From Parcubacteria group bacterium GW2011_GWA1_56_13 (GTDB lineage Bacteria; Patescibacteriota; Minisyncoccia; Phycocordibacterales; Phycocordibacteraceae): DNA of 64,000 nucleotides. Of this stretch, positions 28,955 to 37,870 are shown in pieces. The position numbers and the translations under genes are program-made. The stretch lies in contig LCRY01000002.1 of assembly GCA_001004905.1 (NCBI GenBank), forward strand, positions 1,559 to 65,558. The letters run 5' to 3'. Numbering within the stretch: position 1 is the first letter of the stretch; every line of letters begins with the position of its first letter. The notes beneath the pieces are model-generated. The model was not told where the DNA came from. It ran no database searches and saw nothing but the letters and a program-made list of their open reading frames with translations.

Positions 28955-29934
28955 CGTTGCGCATTCCAAAATCTCCGCCGTCAGTCGATGTAGCATCCTC
29001 CGTATCCGTGGAGGAGATGGAAGCACTGCTTTCTGAATGGTTCGACGGGCAGGTCGTCCTCACGAGTTCCGGCAGGTCCGCGCTCCTCATAACCCTGCAG
29101 GAACTCGGGTTCGACAGATACACGCATCGCGTCGCGGTACCGCAGATGATAAGCAAATGCGTACTCGATGCCGTCACCTGTTGCGCATTCCCGGTCGACG
29201 CCGCCGGGCGGTCTGCCGCCGATGCGACGATTCAATACCCTCAGTACGGATTCATACAGCTCACACGACCATCCGGAGTCGTCGTAGAGGATATCGCACA
29301 CGCATTTTTCTCTGTTCCCCAAAAGGATGCGCCGCGCACCATCGCAACTTTCAGCCTGCCGAAGTTCTTTTCGACCACCACGATGGTTGGCGGCGTCATA
29401 GTGGCCGACCCGTCGCTCGCGCGTCGTTTGCGCGAACGGCGCAAGAGCGCTCCCGTTAAAAGCGCGGAAACGCTTGCAAAGGAGGCCTCAATATTCCGCA
29501 CCTTTTCCGGAGGCGGAAGCGGGGAATTGAGCCTGCTGTATACCGCCAGATTGCTCAACCCGCGTATCGAGAGCGTCGAGCTCGGCGGTCTGCCGACGAA
29601 GCGCTCCGAGATTGAGGAGATTCGGCGTAAGCGTCGGGACATCATGGAGACATTGCTTGTGGCGGCTAGACACCTCGTACCCCGTGGTTGGGGAGATATG
29701 CTTCGCGACCATCTTCCCTATGCTTTCCCGGTATTCGCTTCGGGAGATGTTCTCGAGCGGCTGAATCGCGAACTGCGTGAAGCGGGTATCGAATCCGACC
29801 TCTATCGGATAGATGCCGACCGGGACATGATGCATCCTCGCTATGAACCTATGCTTCTTATCCCGTACTCCCATCTCGTCTCCGAGGAGGTACTGAAGGA
29901 TACGGGGTCCATACTGCGCTCACGGTCTGTATGA
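28951..29934 (+). CDS. Divergent DegT/DnrJ/EryC1-like PLP-fold protein
   Basis: Start moved to ATG 28951 (MTLRIPK). LTSSGRSALLITLQELG. VVVEDIAHAF. Candidate PLP lysine in FSLPKFF. Shorter (327 aa) than canonical DegT. Confidence 0.4.
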   Translation: MTLRIPKSPPSVDVASSVSVEEMEALLSEWFDGQVVLTSSGRSALLITLQELGFDRYTHRVAVPQMISKCVLDAVTCCAFPVDAAGRSAADATIQYPQYGFIQLTRPSGVVVEDIAHAFFSVPQKDAPRTIATFSLPKFFSTTTMVGGVIVADPSLARRLRERRKSAPVKSAETLAKEASIFRTFSGGGSGELSLLYTARLLNPRIESVELGGLPTKRSEIEEIRRKRRDIMETLLVAARHLVPRGWGDMLRDHLPYAFPVFASGDVLERLNRELREAGIESDLYRIDADRDMMHPRYEPMLLIPYSHLVSEEVLKDTGSILRSRSV

Positions 29935-30947
29935 AGATACTATCCTGGCAACAGATAAGCGATGAACAGTGGGATGCTTTTTGTGATGCGTCCCCAGAAA
30001 CATGGGGGCGACACCGTAGCATGAGTCGTCACGGCATGCTTGCAGACCCAAATAATTCAGATCACTCATTTGGTATTATGCAAAACGGCGTACTTATGGC
30101 CATTGCGCCACTTATATTGCGGGCTATACCTGACACGCATGAACGGGAATTCGCGTATAGTCGTAACATGGCGACGCCTGCGCCGGCATTAGCACAAGGA
30201 TTGTTTCTCGAAAAGCACGAAGAACTTCTCCAAGAATGTATGAGAGAAACAGACCAACGAGCAATACGTCTTGATGCTGTTCGTGCAAGAATATTCATCG
30301 ATCCACTCACTCGTCCTATGCAAGTGGAAATATCTACACAGAACCCGCTTGCTCAATTCGGCTATACTGACGCGAGCACTATCGCGTATGTAATTGATTT
30401 ATCTAAAAATGAGCAGGAACTACTTGTGCGAATGTCAAAGGGGCATCGTTCTGATATTACATTTGCACAAAAGAAGGACTACACTGTAGAGTTTTTTGAC
30501 TGTACCAATATCACAGAAGACGTGTGGCGCGTATTTATTGATTTGTACCATGCGGCCGCGGGGCGCATTGTTAACTCACCTGAACAGTGGGCAGAGACAT
30601 TTAATCGCCTGTGCGGAGGATTCGCGTCACTTGCTCTTGCGCGAGGGGAAGATGGTGGTCCGTATCTCTCTGGTGTGCTTATAAGTACGTATAAGCGCCG
30701 AGCCTATTACAGTATGGCGGCGACCAATCCACAGTACCGTAGTCTGCGTGGAGTAGGAGCATTTTTACAATGGCATATCATCGGAGAACTCAAGCGTCGA
30801 GGATTCGAATACTATGACATGGGTTGGTATGATGGTACGCAGCGAATAGAAATGAGTAAAAAGGAAATAGACATCATGAACTTTAAGCGTCACTTCGGTG
30901 GCGACCCTGTACCACTTTGGGCGGGGATAAAAGAGTATAAAAGTTGA
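29931..30947 (+). CDS. FemXAB-family aminoacyl-tRNA-dependent aminoacyltransferase
   Basis: 338 aa. EREFAYSRN, AYYSMAATNPQY...LQWHIIGELKRRGFEYYDMGW and NFKRHFGG align with FemX landmarks (KKFAYASKG; YMYAGS...IQWAL...YDLGG; VFKHVF). Confidence 0.65.
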   Translation: MKILSWQQISDEQWDAFCDASPETWGRHRSMSRHGMLADPNNSDHSFGIMQNGVLMAIAPLILRAIPDTHEREFAYSRNMATPAPALAQGLFLEKHEELLQECMRETDQRAIRLDAVRARIFIDPLTRPMQVEISTQNPLAQFGYTDASTIAYVIDLSKNEQELLVRMSKGHRSDITFAQKKDYTVEFFDCTNITEDVWRVFIDLYHAAAGRIVNSPEQWAETFNRLCGGFASLALARGEDGGPYLSGVLISTYKRRAYYSMAATNPQYRSLRGVGAFLQWHIIGELKRRGFEYYDMGWYDGTQRIEMSKKEIDIMNFKRHFGGDPVPLWAGIKEYKS

Positions 30948-30979
30948 ATATTACAGTGGAAGCATTTACTATGGTATCC

Positions 30980-31330
30980 ATGAATGTGTTAGGCATAGGG
31001 GTAGACGTAACCGATATTAAGAGATTTAGAGACCAAAAGATGCGACGTAACGCGCGATTCATCGTTAATACATTTACCGAAATCGAGAGAGAATACTGTT
31101 ATGCGTATAAGGATTATGCGCCTCATCTCGCGGGTGCCTATGCAGCAAAAGAAGCCGTACGAAAAGTGTACGGTGATACACCGATTCTGTTCTTAGAGAT
31201 TGAAGTTCGCCATCATGCATCGGGCAAACCAGAAATATGGATTAAAGGTAAGCGCTCGAGAACGTTTCTTATTTCAATCTCACATAGTGCAACGGTGGCG
31301 ATTGCTGTAGCATTCAACCAACTATCATGA
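30980..31330 (+). CDS. acpS: Holo-[acyl-carrier-protein] synthase (AcpS-type 4'-phosphopantetheinyl transferase)
   Basis: MNVLGIGVDVTDIKRF. EREYC. AAKEAVRK. In-frame alternative start ATG 30971; the track start 30944 is a TTG. Confidence 0.75.
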   Translation: MNVLGIGVDVTDIKRFRDQKMRRNARFIVNTFTEIEREYCYAYKDYAPHLAGAYAAKEAVRKVYGDTPILFLEIEVRHHASGKPEIWIKGKRSRTFLISISHSATVAIAVAFNQLS

Positions 31331-32364
31331 AAAAATGTATTGTACTCGATTTAGATAATACGCTCTGGGGGGGAGTCATTGGCGAGGAAGGTTTTGACAA
31401 TATAGAATTATCTCTAAAACCTCCAGGAGCAGGTTTTATGGCGTTCCAGCAGGCATTACTGGATTTATATGACCGTGGCGTCATTCTTGCAATTAACAGC
31501 AGCAACAATCTCGAGGACGCTTTACAGGTCATACGAACACACCCCAATATGATCTTAAAAGAAAGGCATTTTGCGGCACATCGCATCAATTGGCAGGATA
31601 AGGTTGAGAATATGCGAGCGTTAGCCAAGGAGCTCAATATATGTCTTGATTCGATGGTGTTTCTTGACGACAGTCCTCTTAATCGTGAGTCGATGCGAAC
31701 ATTCCTTCCTGAAGTCGAGACGCCAGACTTACCTACGGATACGTCTCAGTATTCGAAGTTTCTCCATGCCCTGCCACATTTTGAGCATAAAACAATCACC
31801 GACGAAGACAAGATGAGAGGGAATTTGTACGTAACCGAGCGATTGCGCAAGGAGACAGAAAAGAAATTTGAAAATCGCGAAGAATTTTTGAAAAGTCTTG
31901 GTATTGAACTTGCGGTTCGCGAGAATGATCAATCAGCGATTTCTCGCGTTACTCAACTTACTGAGAAAACGAACCAGTTCAACATCAAAAAAAGACCATA
32001 TACCGAGGATGAAATAAAAATGTTTATGCAAGATGATACATATGCAATATTTCACGGGCGCGCCATAGACCAATTTGGTGATCAGGGTGTCATCGCATTT
32101 GCTCTCGTACGTAAAGCTCAAGAAATATGGCATATTGAGTCGCTCCTGATGAGTTGTAGAGTAGTCGGTCGTGGCATTGAAGACGCTTTTCTCGCCGCAA
32201 TTGCGAAGCGCGCGAAGGACGAGGGCGCACAGACTCTCGGTATAACGTTCGAGGCGTCAGAAAAGAATGAGCTTGCCCGTGCATTTGTAGAACGTTTGTT
32301 TAAAAACGCGCAGAATGTTCCTGTGATACAATTCCAAACACCGAGCTGGATAACTCTTGCATGA
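31327..32364 (+). CDS. FkbH-like HAD-IIIC domain protein
   Basis: KCIVLDLDNTLWGGVIGEEG is the FkbH/HAD-IIIC signature. 345 aa. Confidence 0.8.
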   Translation: MKKCIVLDLDNTLWGGVIGEEGFDNIELSLKPPGAGFMAFQQALLDLYDRGVILAINSSNNLEDALQVIRTHPNMILKERHFAAHRINWQDKVENMRALAKELNICLDSMVFLDDSPLNRESMRTFLPEVETPDLPTDTSQYSKFLHALPHFEHKTITDEDKMRGNLYVTERLRKETEKKFENREEFLKSLGIELAVRENDQSAISRVTQLTEKTNQFNIKKRPYTEDEIKMFMQDDTYAIFHGRAIDQFGDQGVIAFALVRKAQEIWHIESLLMSCRVVGRGIEDAFLAAIAKRAKDEGAQTLGITFEASEKNELARAFVERLFKNAQNVPVIQFQTPSWITLA

Positions 32365-32591
32365 AAGATTTTAACACACTCGTGACAGAGCATTTTAAAA
32401 TTAATTCCGCGAATATTACGGATATGCTTACCGCGCAGGACGTCCCAGAATGGGATTCGATGAATTATCTTCTCTTTATCGCGGACGTTGAAAAGGAGTA
32501 TGATGTCTCGTTCACTATGGATGAAGTACTCGGAGTACAGACTCTGGGAGATATTAAAAAGATACTGCGAGACAAATCGGTCAACGTATGA
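32361..32591 (+). CDS. Acyl carrier protein
   Basis: 76 aa. Phosphopantetheine-attachment context WDSMNYLLFIADVEKEY (DSM in place of DSL). Confidence 0.7.
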   Translation: MKDFNTLVTEHFKINSANITDMLTAQDVPEWDSMNYLLFIADVEKEYDVSFTMDEVLGVQTLGDIKKILRDKSVNV

Positions 32592-33013
32592 TCCAAGCAG
32601 AAGATAGGAAATTTGTCTCTCTTCGGATCGGCGAAATAGCGTCTTTTGAGCGTACGATTCGTGCTGACGATGTGCGCGCTTTTGCCGATCTGAGCGGCGA
32701 TTACAGCCCGCTTCATATGGACGACGACTATGCTCGTTCTACGCAATTCGGCGACAGACTGGTGCACGGCATGTTCCTCGGCAGCTTAGTCTCACGCCTT
32801 GTCGGGATGCATATGCCGGGCAAGCACGCTCTTTTGATGAAAGAATCACTTGAATTCAAGAAGCCGGTTCGTATCGGAGACACCGTAAGGATCGAAGGAG
32901 AGATCATGATCGCGAGTCCGTCCACACATATTATTGAACTCGACATTCGTCTCTATGCGGAGAACATGCTGGTTGCTACCGGAAGGGTACACGTGCAGGT
33001 ACGTGATGAATGA
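32588..33013 (+). CDS. MaoC-like (hotdog) dehydratase
   Basis: FADLSGDYSPLHMDDDYARSTQFGDRLVHGM. Confidence 0.8.
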   Translation: MIQAEDRKFVSLRIGEIASFERTIRADDVRAFADLSGDYSPLHMDDDYARSTQFGDRLVHGMFLGSLVSRLVGMHMPGKHALLMKESLEFKKPVRIGDTVRIEGEIMIASPSTHIIELDIRLYAENMLVATGRVHVQVRDE

Positions 33014-33719
33014 TATGAACGCCGATCCCCTTGCGATCATTTCAGGCGGTACAGGCTATCTCGGTACGACCATCGTTGCGGAGCTTAAAGAGGCTGGCTG
33101 GAGCGTCGTATCACTTTCAAAAAATACGTCCGAATCAAGCGCCGAAGTGTACACCTGTGATGTCACTGATGAAAAGGACGTACAGGCCGTGATCGCAAAA
33201 ATTGTTGCGGCTCACGGTCCGATATCCGCCTGCATCCATGCGGCCTCGCCGTCTTTAGAACGTTTGCCGGTGCTCTCAATTTCTGCAGAATCTTTTGATG
33301 TCACGATGCATACGAATGTGAGGGCGGCGTTTCTCCTGGCGAAAGAGACCGTAAAGCACATGCCGGAAGGTTCCGCATATATTGGTGTAACCACACAAGC
33401 CATAGAGCCAGGCATGCTGCAGCCATCGGGAGCTTATATACCTGCGAAGTATGCACTCAGGGGTTTCTTGCGCGTATTATCGGCGGAGACGAAACAGCTA
33501 GGGATCCGCGTTTTCGCCGTTTCCCCCAGCTTTCTTCCGGGCGGTCTGAACGATGATTTGCCGCAAAATGTTCAGGATTTTCTCGCGAACAAAAGCGGGA
33601 CCGATAAACAATCAACAAGAGAAATCGCGACATTGATAAAGAAACTTTGCCTCCATGAGGGCGGGTTTCTCTCAGGCTCATCGATAGCTTTCCCATCTCT
33701 TGCGAGCAGTCCTCTCTAG
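33006..33719 (+). CDS. SDR-family oxidoreductase (3-oxoacyl-ACP reductase-like)
   Basis: Start moved to ATG 33006 (MNDMNADPLAIISGGTGYLGTTIVAEL). YIPAKYALRGF (YxxxK). Confidence 0.8.
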   Translation: MNDMNADPLAIISGGTGYLGTTIVAELKEAGWSVVSLSKNTSESSAEVYTCDVTDEKDVQAVIAKIVAAHGPISACIHAASPSLERLPVLSISAESFDVTMHTNVRAAFLLAKETVKHMPEGSAYIGVTTQAIEPGMLQPSGAYIPAKYALRGFLRVLSAETKQLGIRVFAVSPSFLPGGLNDDLPQNVQDFLANKSGTDKQSTREIATLIKKLCLHEGGFLSGSSIAFPSLASSPL

Positions 33720-33720
33720 T

Positions 33721-34506
33721 ATGGAGCTCTTCAGAACCGACAACGGCGCTTCGGTAAAGGATACAGATGTTCTCGCGGCTTTTAGACAAGTTGGTATAAA
33801 ACAAGGAGACCTTCTGTTTGTGCACTCATCACTCAAGGCGTTCGGCATGCTTGCGCAACCGGATACTCAGGCACTGATGGCGGCACTCGTTACGGCGTTT
33901 ACTGAGATTATTGGAGAGAAAGGGACCCTAATTATGCCGACTTTCACAGACAATTTTCTCAAGGGGAAACCGTACCACACAGACGATCGTTCAACGGTCG
34001 GTGCGCTGACTGAGTTCTATCGAGGGCAACCAGGCGTTTCGCGTACACTCCACCCATTCTTTTCTGTTGCAACACGAGGCCCACGGTCTGCCGAGCTTGC
34101 AGACATAAGTCACGACTCGTTCGACGCGCATTCAATATTTGGCAATGTGCATCGACTGGATGGCCTACTGGTTTTTTTTGGTGCGCGTTTTCAGTCATGT
34201 ACCTTTGTTCATTACGTCGAACAGATCCACGGTGTGCCGTACCGCTTTATGAAGACGTTCGAAGGCGTTATAGTGGACGGTGAGCGCTCGTATCGCGATT
34301 CCTATACGTATTTCGTGCGACCGCTCGACGGCAATGTTGATCCTGAATTTTCAAGGTTAGGCAAACGCCTTTTAGATTCCGGTATGATGCGCGAAGCGCC
34401 GCTCGGGCATGGCAGGGTGTTCGCCGTGCGGGCGCGAGACCTGTTTGACGAAGGCAGTAAGCTGCTCGATGCGGATATATATTCTCTTCTCAAGCAAAAA
34501 CCATGA
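33721..34506 (+). CDS. AAC(3)-family (aminoglycoside 3-N-acetyltransferase-like) N-acyltransferase
   Basis: GDLLFVHSSLKAFGML...GTLIMPTFT matches the Antibiotic_NAT/AAC(3) N-terminal signature. Confidence 0.7.
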   Translation: MELFRTDNGASVKDTDVLAAFRQVGIKQGDLLFVHSSLKAFGMLAQPDTQALMAALVTAFTEIIGEKGTLIMPTFTDNFLKGKPYHTDDRSTVGALTEFYRGQPGVSRTLHPFFSVATRGPRSAELADISHDSFDAHSIFGNVHRLDGLLVFFGARFQSCTFVHYVEQIHGVPYRFMKTFEGVIVDGERSYRDSYTYFVRPLDGNVDPEFSRLGKRLLDSGMMREAPLGHGRVFAVRARDLFDEGSKLLDADIYSLLKQKP

Positions 34507-35804
34507 CCCATTCTTCTCAGGAACACTTCACCGATGCCGGAGCGGGTGAGGCAATGCATGCACTCGCGACTGAGCTTTTTCCAATTTGCCGTAGCCTTAC
34601 GGGAGCTGGCGTTCGCGAGACACTACGCATTCTGCAGAAAATTATCCCACTCACGATACATGAAGTACCGAGTGGCACAAAAGTCTTCGATTGGACGATA
34701 CCGAAAGAATGGGTGATTCGCGATGCATACATACTTGACCCAACAGGAAACAAAATAATAGATTTTAAGAAGAGCAATCTACATGTAGTGCACTACTCGG
34801 TGCCGGTCGACACTGACATAACGCTCTCGGAGTTACAAGAACATCTCTACTCACGACCCAATCAACCGGATGCTATTCCATACATCACTTCATTTTACGA
34901 AGAACGCTGGGGCTTTTGTTTGGCACATCGAGAGCGAGAGAAGCTTGCTGAGGGTACTTACCATGTGCATATAGATAGCGACCTCAAGAATGGCTCGCTC
35001 ACGTATGGTGAACTTGTTGTGCCAGGCGAACACAAGGAGGAGATATTTATCTCGACTTATGTTTGTCATCCGTCGCTTGCCAACAATGAACTCTCCGGTC
35101 CTGTCGTCACAACATTTCTCGCGCGATGGATTATGAGTCAGCCGCGACGTTACACCTACCGTATCATTTTTATCCCCGAAACTATCGGTTCTATTATGTA
35201 TTTGTGCCACAATGTTGAAGCAATGAAAAAGCATGTTATTGCTGGATTCAATATGACCTGCGTTGGAGATGAGCGGGCCTATTCGTACCTTCCTTCACGC
35301 CTCGGTGGCACGTTACCAGATCGTGTAGTACATCTTGTGCTCTCGCACAGACATCCTGAATTTATAACGTATTCATTTTTAGATCGTGGTAGTGACGAAC
35401 GCCAATATTGCGCGCCTGGTATTGATTTGCCTGTGGTTTCTGTTATGCGAACCAAATATGGCAGATATCCAGAGTATCACTCTTCTCTCGACAATCTTTC
35501 CCTTATTACTCCAAACGGTCTTGAAGGTACCTATGGTGTGATGAAGGATTGTTTGGAATTGATCGAACGCAATCACCGATACAGTACCACAGTACTTGGT
35601 GAACCACAGATGGGTCGTCGGGGTCTTTATCCGACGCTTGGCAACCAGTATGACTTACACACTCATCGAATGATGGATGTACTTGCATATGCTGACGGGA
35701 AGCACGATCTTGTTGATCTATGCACAGTTCTTGGGATTACACCTTGGGATCTTTATCCAATTATCGAGACGTTACGAGATGCCGGTCTTATAGAGTTGTG
35801 TTAG
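34503..35804 (+). CDS. Hypothetical protein, possibly aminopeptidase-like-domain polysaccharide-biosynthesis protein (COG4310/DUF4910-like)
   Basis: 433 aa, no signature motif identified. Assignment rests only on the recalled co-occurrence of such proteins next to AAC(3)-like genes in glycan loci. Confidence 0.25.
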   Translation: MTHSSQEHFTDAGAGEAMHALATELFPICRSLTGAGVRETLRILQKIIPLTIHEVPSGTKVFDWTIPKEWVIRDAYILDPTGNKIIDFKKSNLHVVHYSVPVDTDITLSELQEHLYSRPNQPDAIPYITSFYEERWGFCLAHREREKLAEGTYHVHIDSDLKNGSLTYGELVVPGEHKEEIFISTYVCHPSLANNELSGPVVTTFLARWIMSQPRRYTYRIIFIPETIGSIMYLCHNVEAMKKHVIAGFNMTCVGDERAYSYLPSRLGGTLPDRVVHLVLSHRHPEFITYSFLDRGSDERQYCAPGIDLPVVSVMRTKYGRYPEYHSSLDNLSLITPNGLEGTYGVMKDCLELIERNHRYSTTVLGEPQMGRRGLYPTLGNQYDLHTHRMMDVLAYADGKHDLVDLCTVLGITPWDLYPIIETLRDAGLIELC

Positions 35805-35825
35805 TGGATCTTTCAGTGGCATGCC

Positions 35826-35854
35826 TTGAAATTTGTAGATATATGTATTAGAAT
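35826..35854 (+). promoter_or_regulatory. Sigma70-like promoter, near-leaderless transcript for the pseB-like gene
   Basis: -35 TTGAAA (35826-35831), 17-nt spacer, -10 TAGAAT (35849-35854). ATG 35864 is ~9 nt downstream. Lies in the only ~60-nt gap of this part of the locus. Confidence 0.45.
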
Positions 35855-35863
35855 GCGAAGATT

Positions 35864-36880
35864 ATGGCAAGTAAAAAGCCGGCTAAGAAACAGGCGTGGA
35901 GCGCTCCAACGAGTTTTCTTAAAAGCAAGACAGTCCTCATAACCGGTGGCACGGGCACCTTCGGCCGCGCGTTTATTCAGCGCCTGTTCAAGGTTCCGGG
36001 GCTGGCAAAACTCATCGTTTTTAGCCGCGACGAACTCAAACAGAGCGAGCTCGCGGCCGACTATCGCGACGAACCGCGATTACGCTTTTTCATCGGCGAT
36101 ATCCGCGACCCGGAGCGACTCAAGCGCGCGTTGGAAGGCGTGGATATCGTAGTGCATGCGGCGGCGCTCAAGCGCGTCGAAGCGATAGAGTACAACCCGT
36201 TCGAGGCGATACAGACCAACGTCGTAGGCAGCAAGAACGTTATCGACGCAGCCATCGACCGGAAGGTCGGCAAAGTACTCCTCGTCTCCTCGGACAAGGC
36301 GGTCGAGCCCATCAATCTCTATGGCGCGACGAAGATGTCTGCGGAAAAACTCTTCGTTGCGGCAAACGTGTATGCCGGAATGGGCACCACGGCACTCAGC
36401 GTTGTGCGGTACGGCAACGTTATCGGCAGTCGAGGTTCGTTCGTAGAGCTCGTCGAGCGGCAGCGCGAAAACGGCAGTATCACGGTCACCGATCGTCACA
36501 TGACGCGGTTTTGGATACGCATCGAGCAGGTTATCGACATCGTCCTTGAGACGCTCGCTCTCATGCAGGGCGGTGAGATTTTCATCCCGAAGATGAAGAA
36601 CATGCCCATTACCGATGTCGTGAAGCTCCTCGCGCCCTCGTGCAAGGTAGAGGTTATCGGCGCGCGTCCCGGCGAGAAGCTGCATGAGACGCTGATGACC
36701 AAGTACGAGGTCAAATACGCGCGCGAATTGCCCCGCTTGTTCGTCATTACACCGCGTGCGGGCGGCGGCCCCGTGTGGCTCAAGCGCTCCCGCATGGTCC
36801 CTGACAACTTCCTCTACACGAGCGACAATAAGAAGTTTCTCCTCTCGCGGAAGGAAGCGGCGGAACTGTTCGCGAAATAG
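35864..36880 (+). CDS. pseB: UDP-N-acetylglucosamine 4,6-dehydratase (PseB/FlaA1/CapD short form)
   Basis: VLITGGTGTFGRAFIQRL. IVFSRDELKQSEL. YGATKMSAEKLFVAAN. 338 aa, characteristic of PseB-type enzymes. Confidence 0.8.
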   Translation: MASKKPAKKQAWSAPTSFLKSKTVLITGGTGTFGRAFIQRLFKVPGLAKLIVFSRDELKQSELAADYRDEPRLRFFIGDIRDPERLKRALEGVDIVVHAAALKRVEAIEYNPFEAIQTNVVGSKNVIDAAIDRKVGKVLLVSSDKAVEPINLYGATKMSAEKLFVAANVYAGMGTTALSVVRYGNVIGSRGSFVELVERQRENGSITVTDRHMTRFWIRIEQVIDIVLETLALMQGGEIFIPKMKNMPITDVVKLLAPSCKVEVIGARPGEKLHETLMTKYEVKYARELPRLFVITPRAGGGPVWLKRSRMVPDNFLYTSDNKKFLLSRKEAAELFAK

Positions 36881-36882
36881 CC

Positions 36883-37851
36883 ATGACGCGCTATCGCGTC
36901 GCGGTGATCGGCTGTGGCAAGGTGGGTGCCCTTTACGAGCGCGAGGCGGGTCGCCCGAAACCCGCGAGCCACGCCGGCGCCGCAGTACGTGATCCGCGCA
37001 CGGAGCTCGTCGCGCTCGCCGATACGTCGCCCACGGCGCTCGCGAGAGCGAAGAAGCTGTTCCCACGTGCACGCGCTTATTCTTCGGCATCGGAATGCCT
37101 GCAGACGGAGCGTCCCGACATCGCCGTCATCGCCACACCCGTTTCGGCCCGCCTCTCTCTCGTGCGGCTCTGCCTGCGCTACGGTGTCCGAGCCATCATC
37201 TGCGAGAAGCCGCTCGCATCCTCGGCGGTTGAGGCGGCGAAGATCACCCGCGCGGTCGAACGTTCCGACGCCGCGTTCGTCCTGAACTATCCGCGACGGT
37301 TCGCGCCGCTCTTCTCGCGCGTTCGCCGCGCTATAACTTCGGGTGCGCTCGGCGCGGTACAGCAGGTGACCTGTTACTACAGCAACGGGTTATACAATAA
37401 TGGCGGTCACGCCATCGATTCGCTACTTTACCTGCTCGGAGAGGACATGAAAGTGCGCTGGGCCGCCGTCAATAAAAGAGCGGCGCACCCCCCTGGGGAT
37501 CCGTGCATGGATGCGACACTCGAGACGAAAAAGGGGGCGCGGGTGATGTTGCAGAGTGTGGATCAAAAAGCGTACGGGATATTCGACATCCGCCTATTCG
37601 GCACGAAGGGCGAGCGCTCGTTCATTGACTACGGCACCACTCTCATCGAAGCGGCGCCGCGAAGATCCTTCTTTAAAGAGGTGCGCCAGCTCGACCGGGC
37701 GCGCGCGCGCGTGCACACAAGTCCGGAGGGAAACGTACTCGCGGAAACACTCAAGGCGCTCGCGAAGAAAGAGCGTCCGAACGGTGCGAAGCAGGGATTC
37801 ACGGTCCTGCGGACGCTCGATGCAATACGCCATGCGGCAAAAAAGAAATAA
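36883..37851 (+). CDS. Gfo/Idh/MocA-family NAD(P)-dependent sugar oxidoreductase
   Basis: YRVAVIGCGKVGALYE N-terminal Rossmann fold. May act like WbpB-type sugar-nucleotide 3-dehydrogenases. Confidence 0.8.
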   Translation: MTRYRVAVIGCGKVGALYEREAGRPKPASHAGAAVRDPRTELVALADTSPTALARAKKLFPRARAYSSASECLQTERPDIAVIATPVSARLSLVRLCLRYGVRAIICEKPLASSAVEAAKITRAVERSDAAFVLNYPRRFAPLFSRVRRAITSGALGAVQQVTCYYSNGLYNNGGHAIDSLLYLLGEDMKVRWAAVNKRAAHPPGDPCMDATLETKKGARVMLQSVDQKAYGIFDIRLFGTKGERSFIDYGTTLIEAAPRRSFFKEVRQLDRARARVHTSPEGNVLAETLKALAKKERPNGAKQGFTVLRTLDAIRHAAKKK

Positions 37852-37870
37852 CAACATAACCTTTCCACCC

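Noticed and set aside
33721-34506. AAC(3)-like gene as an antibiotic-resistance determinant
   Set aside because: It sits in-operon with ATGA overlaps in a glycan locus next to ACP/FkbH genes, not on a recognisable resistance cassette or integron. A biosynthetic N-acyltransferase role is more likely, though the resistance possibility is not excluded.
36080-37090. 336-aa minus ORF
   Set aside because: Antisense to the pseB-like and Gfo/Idh/MocA genes. Arg-rich.
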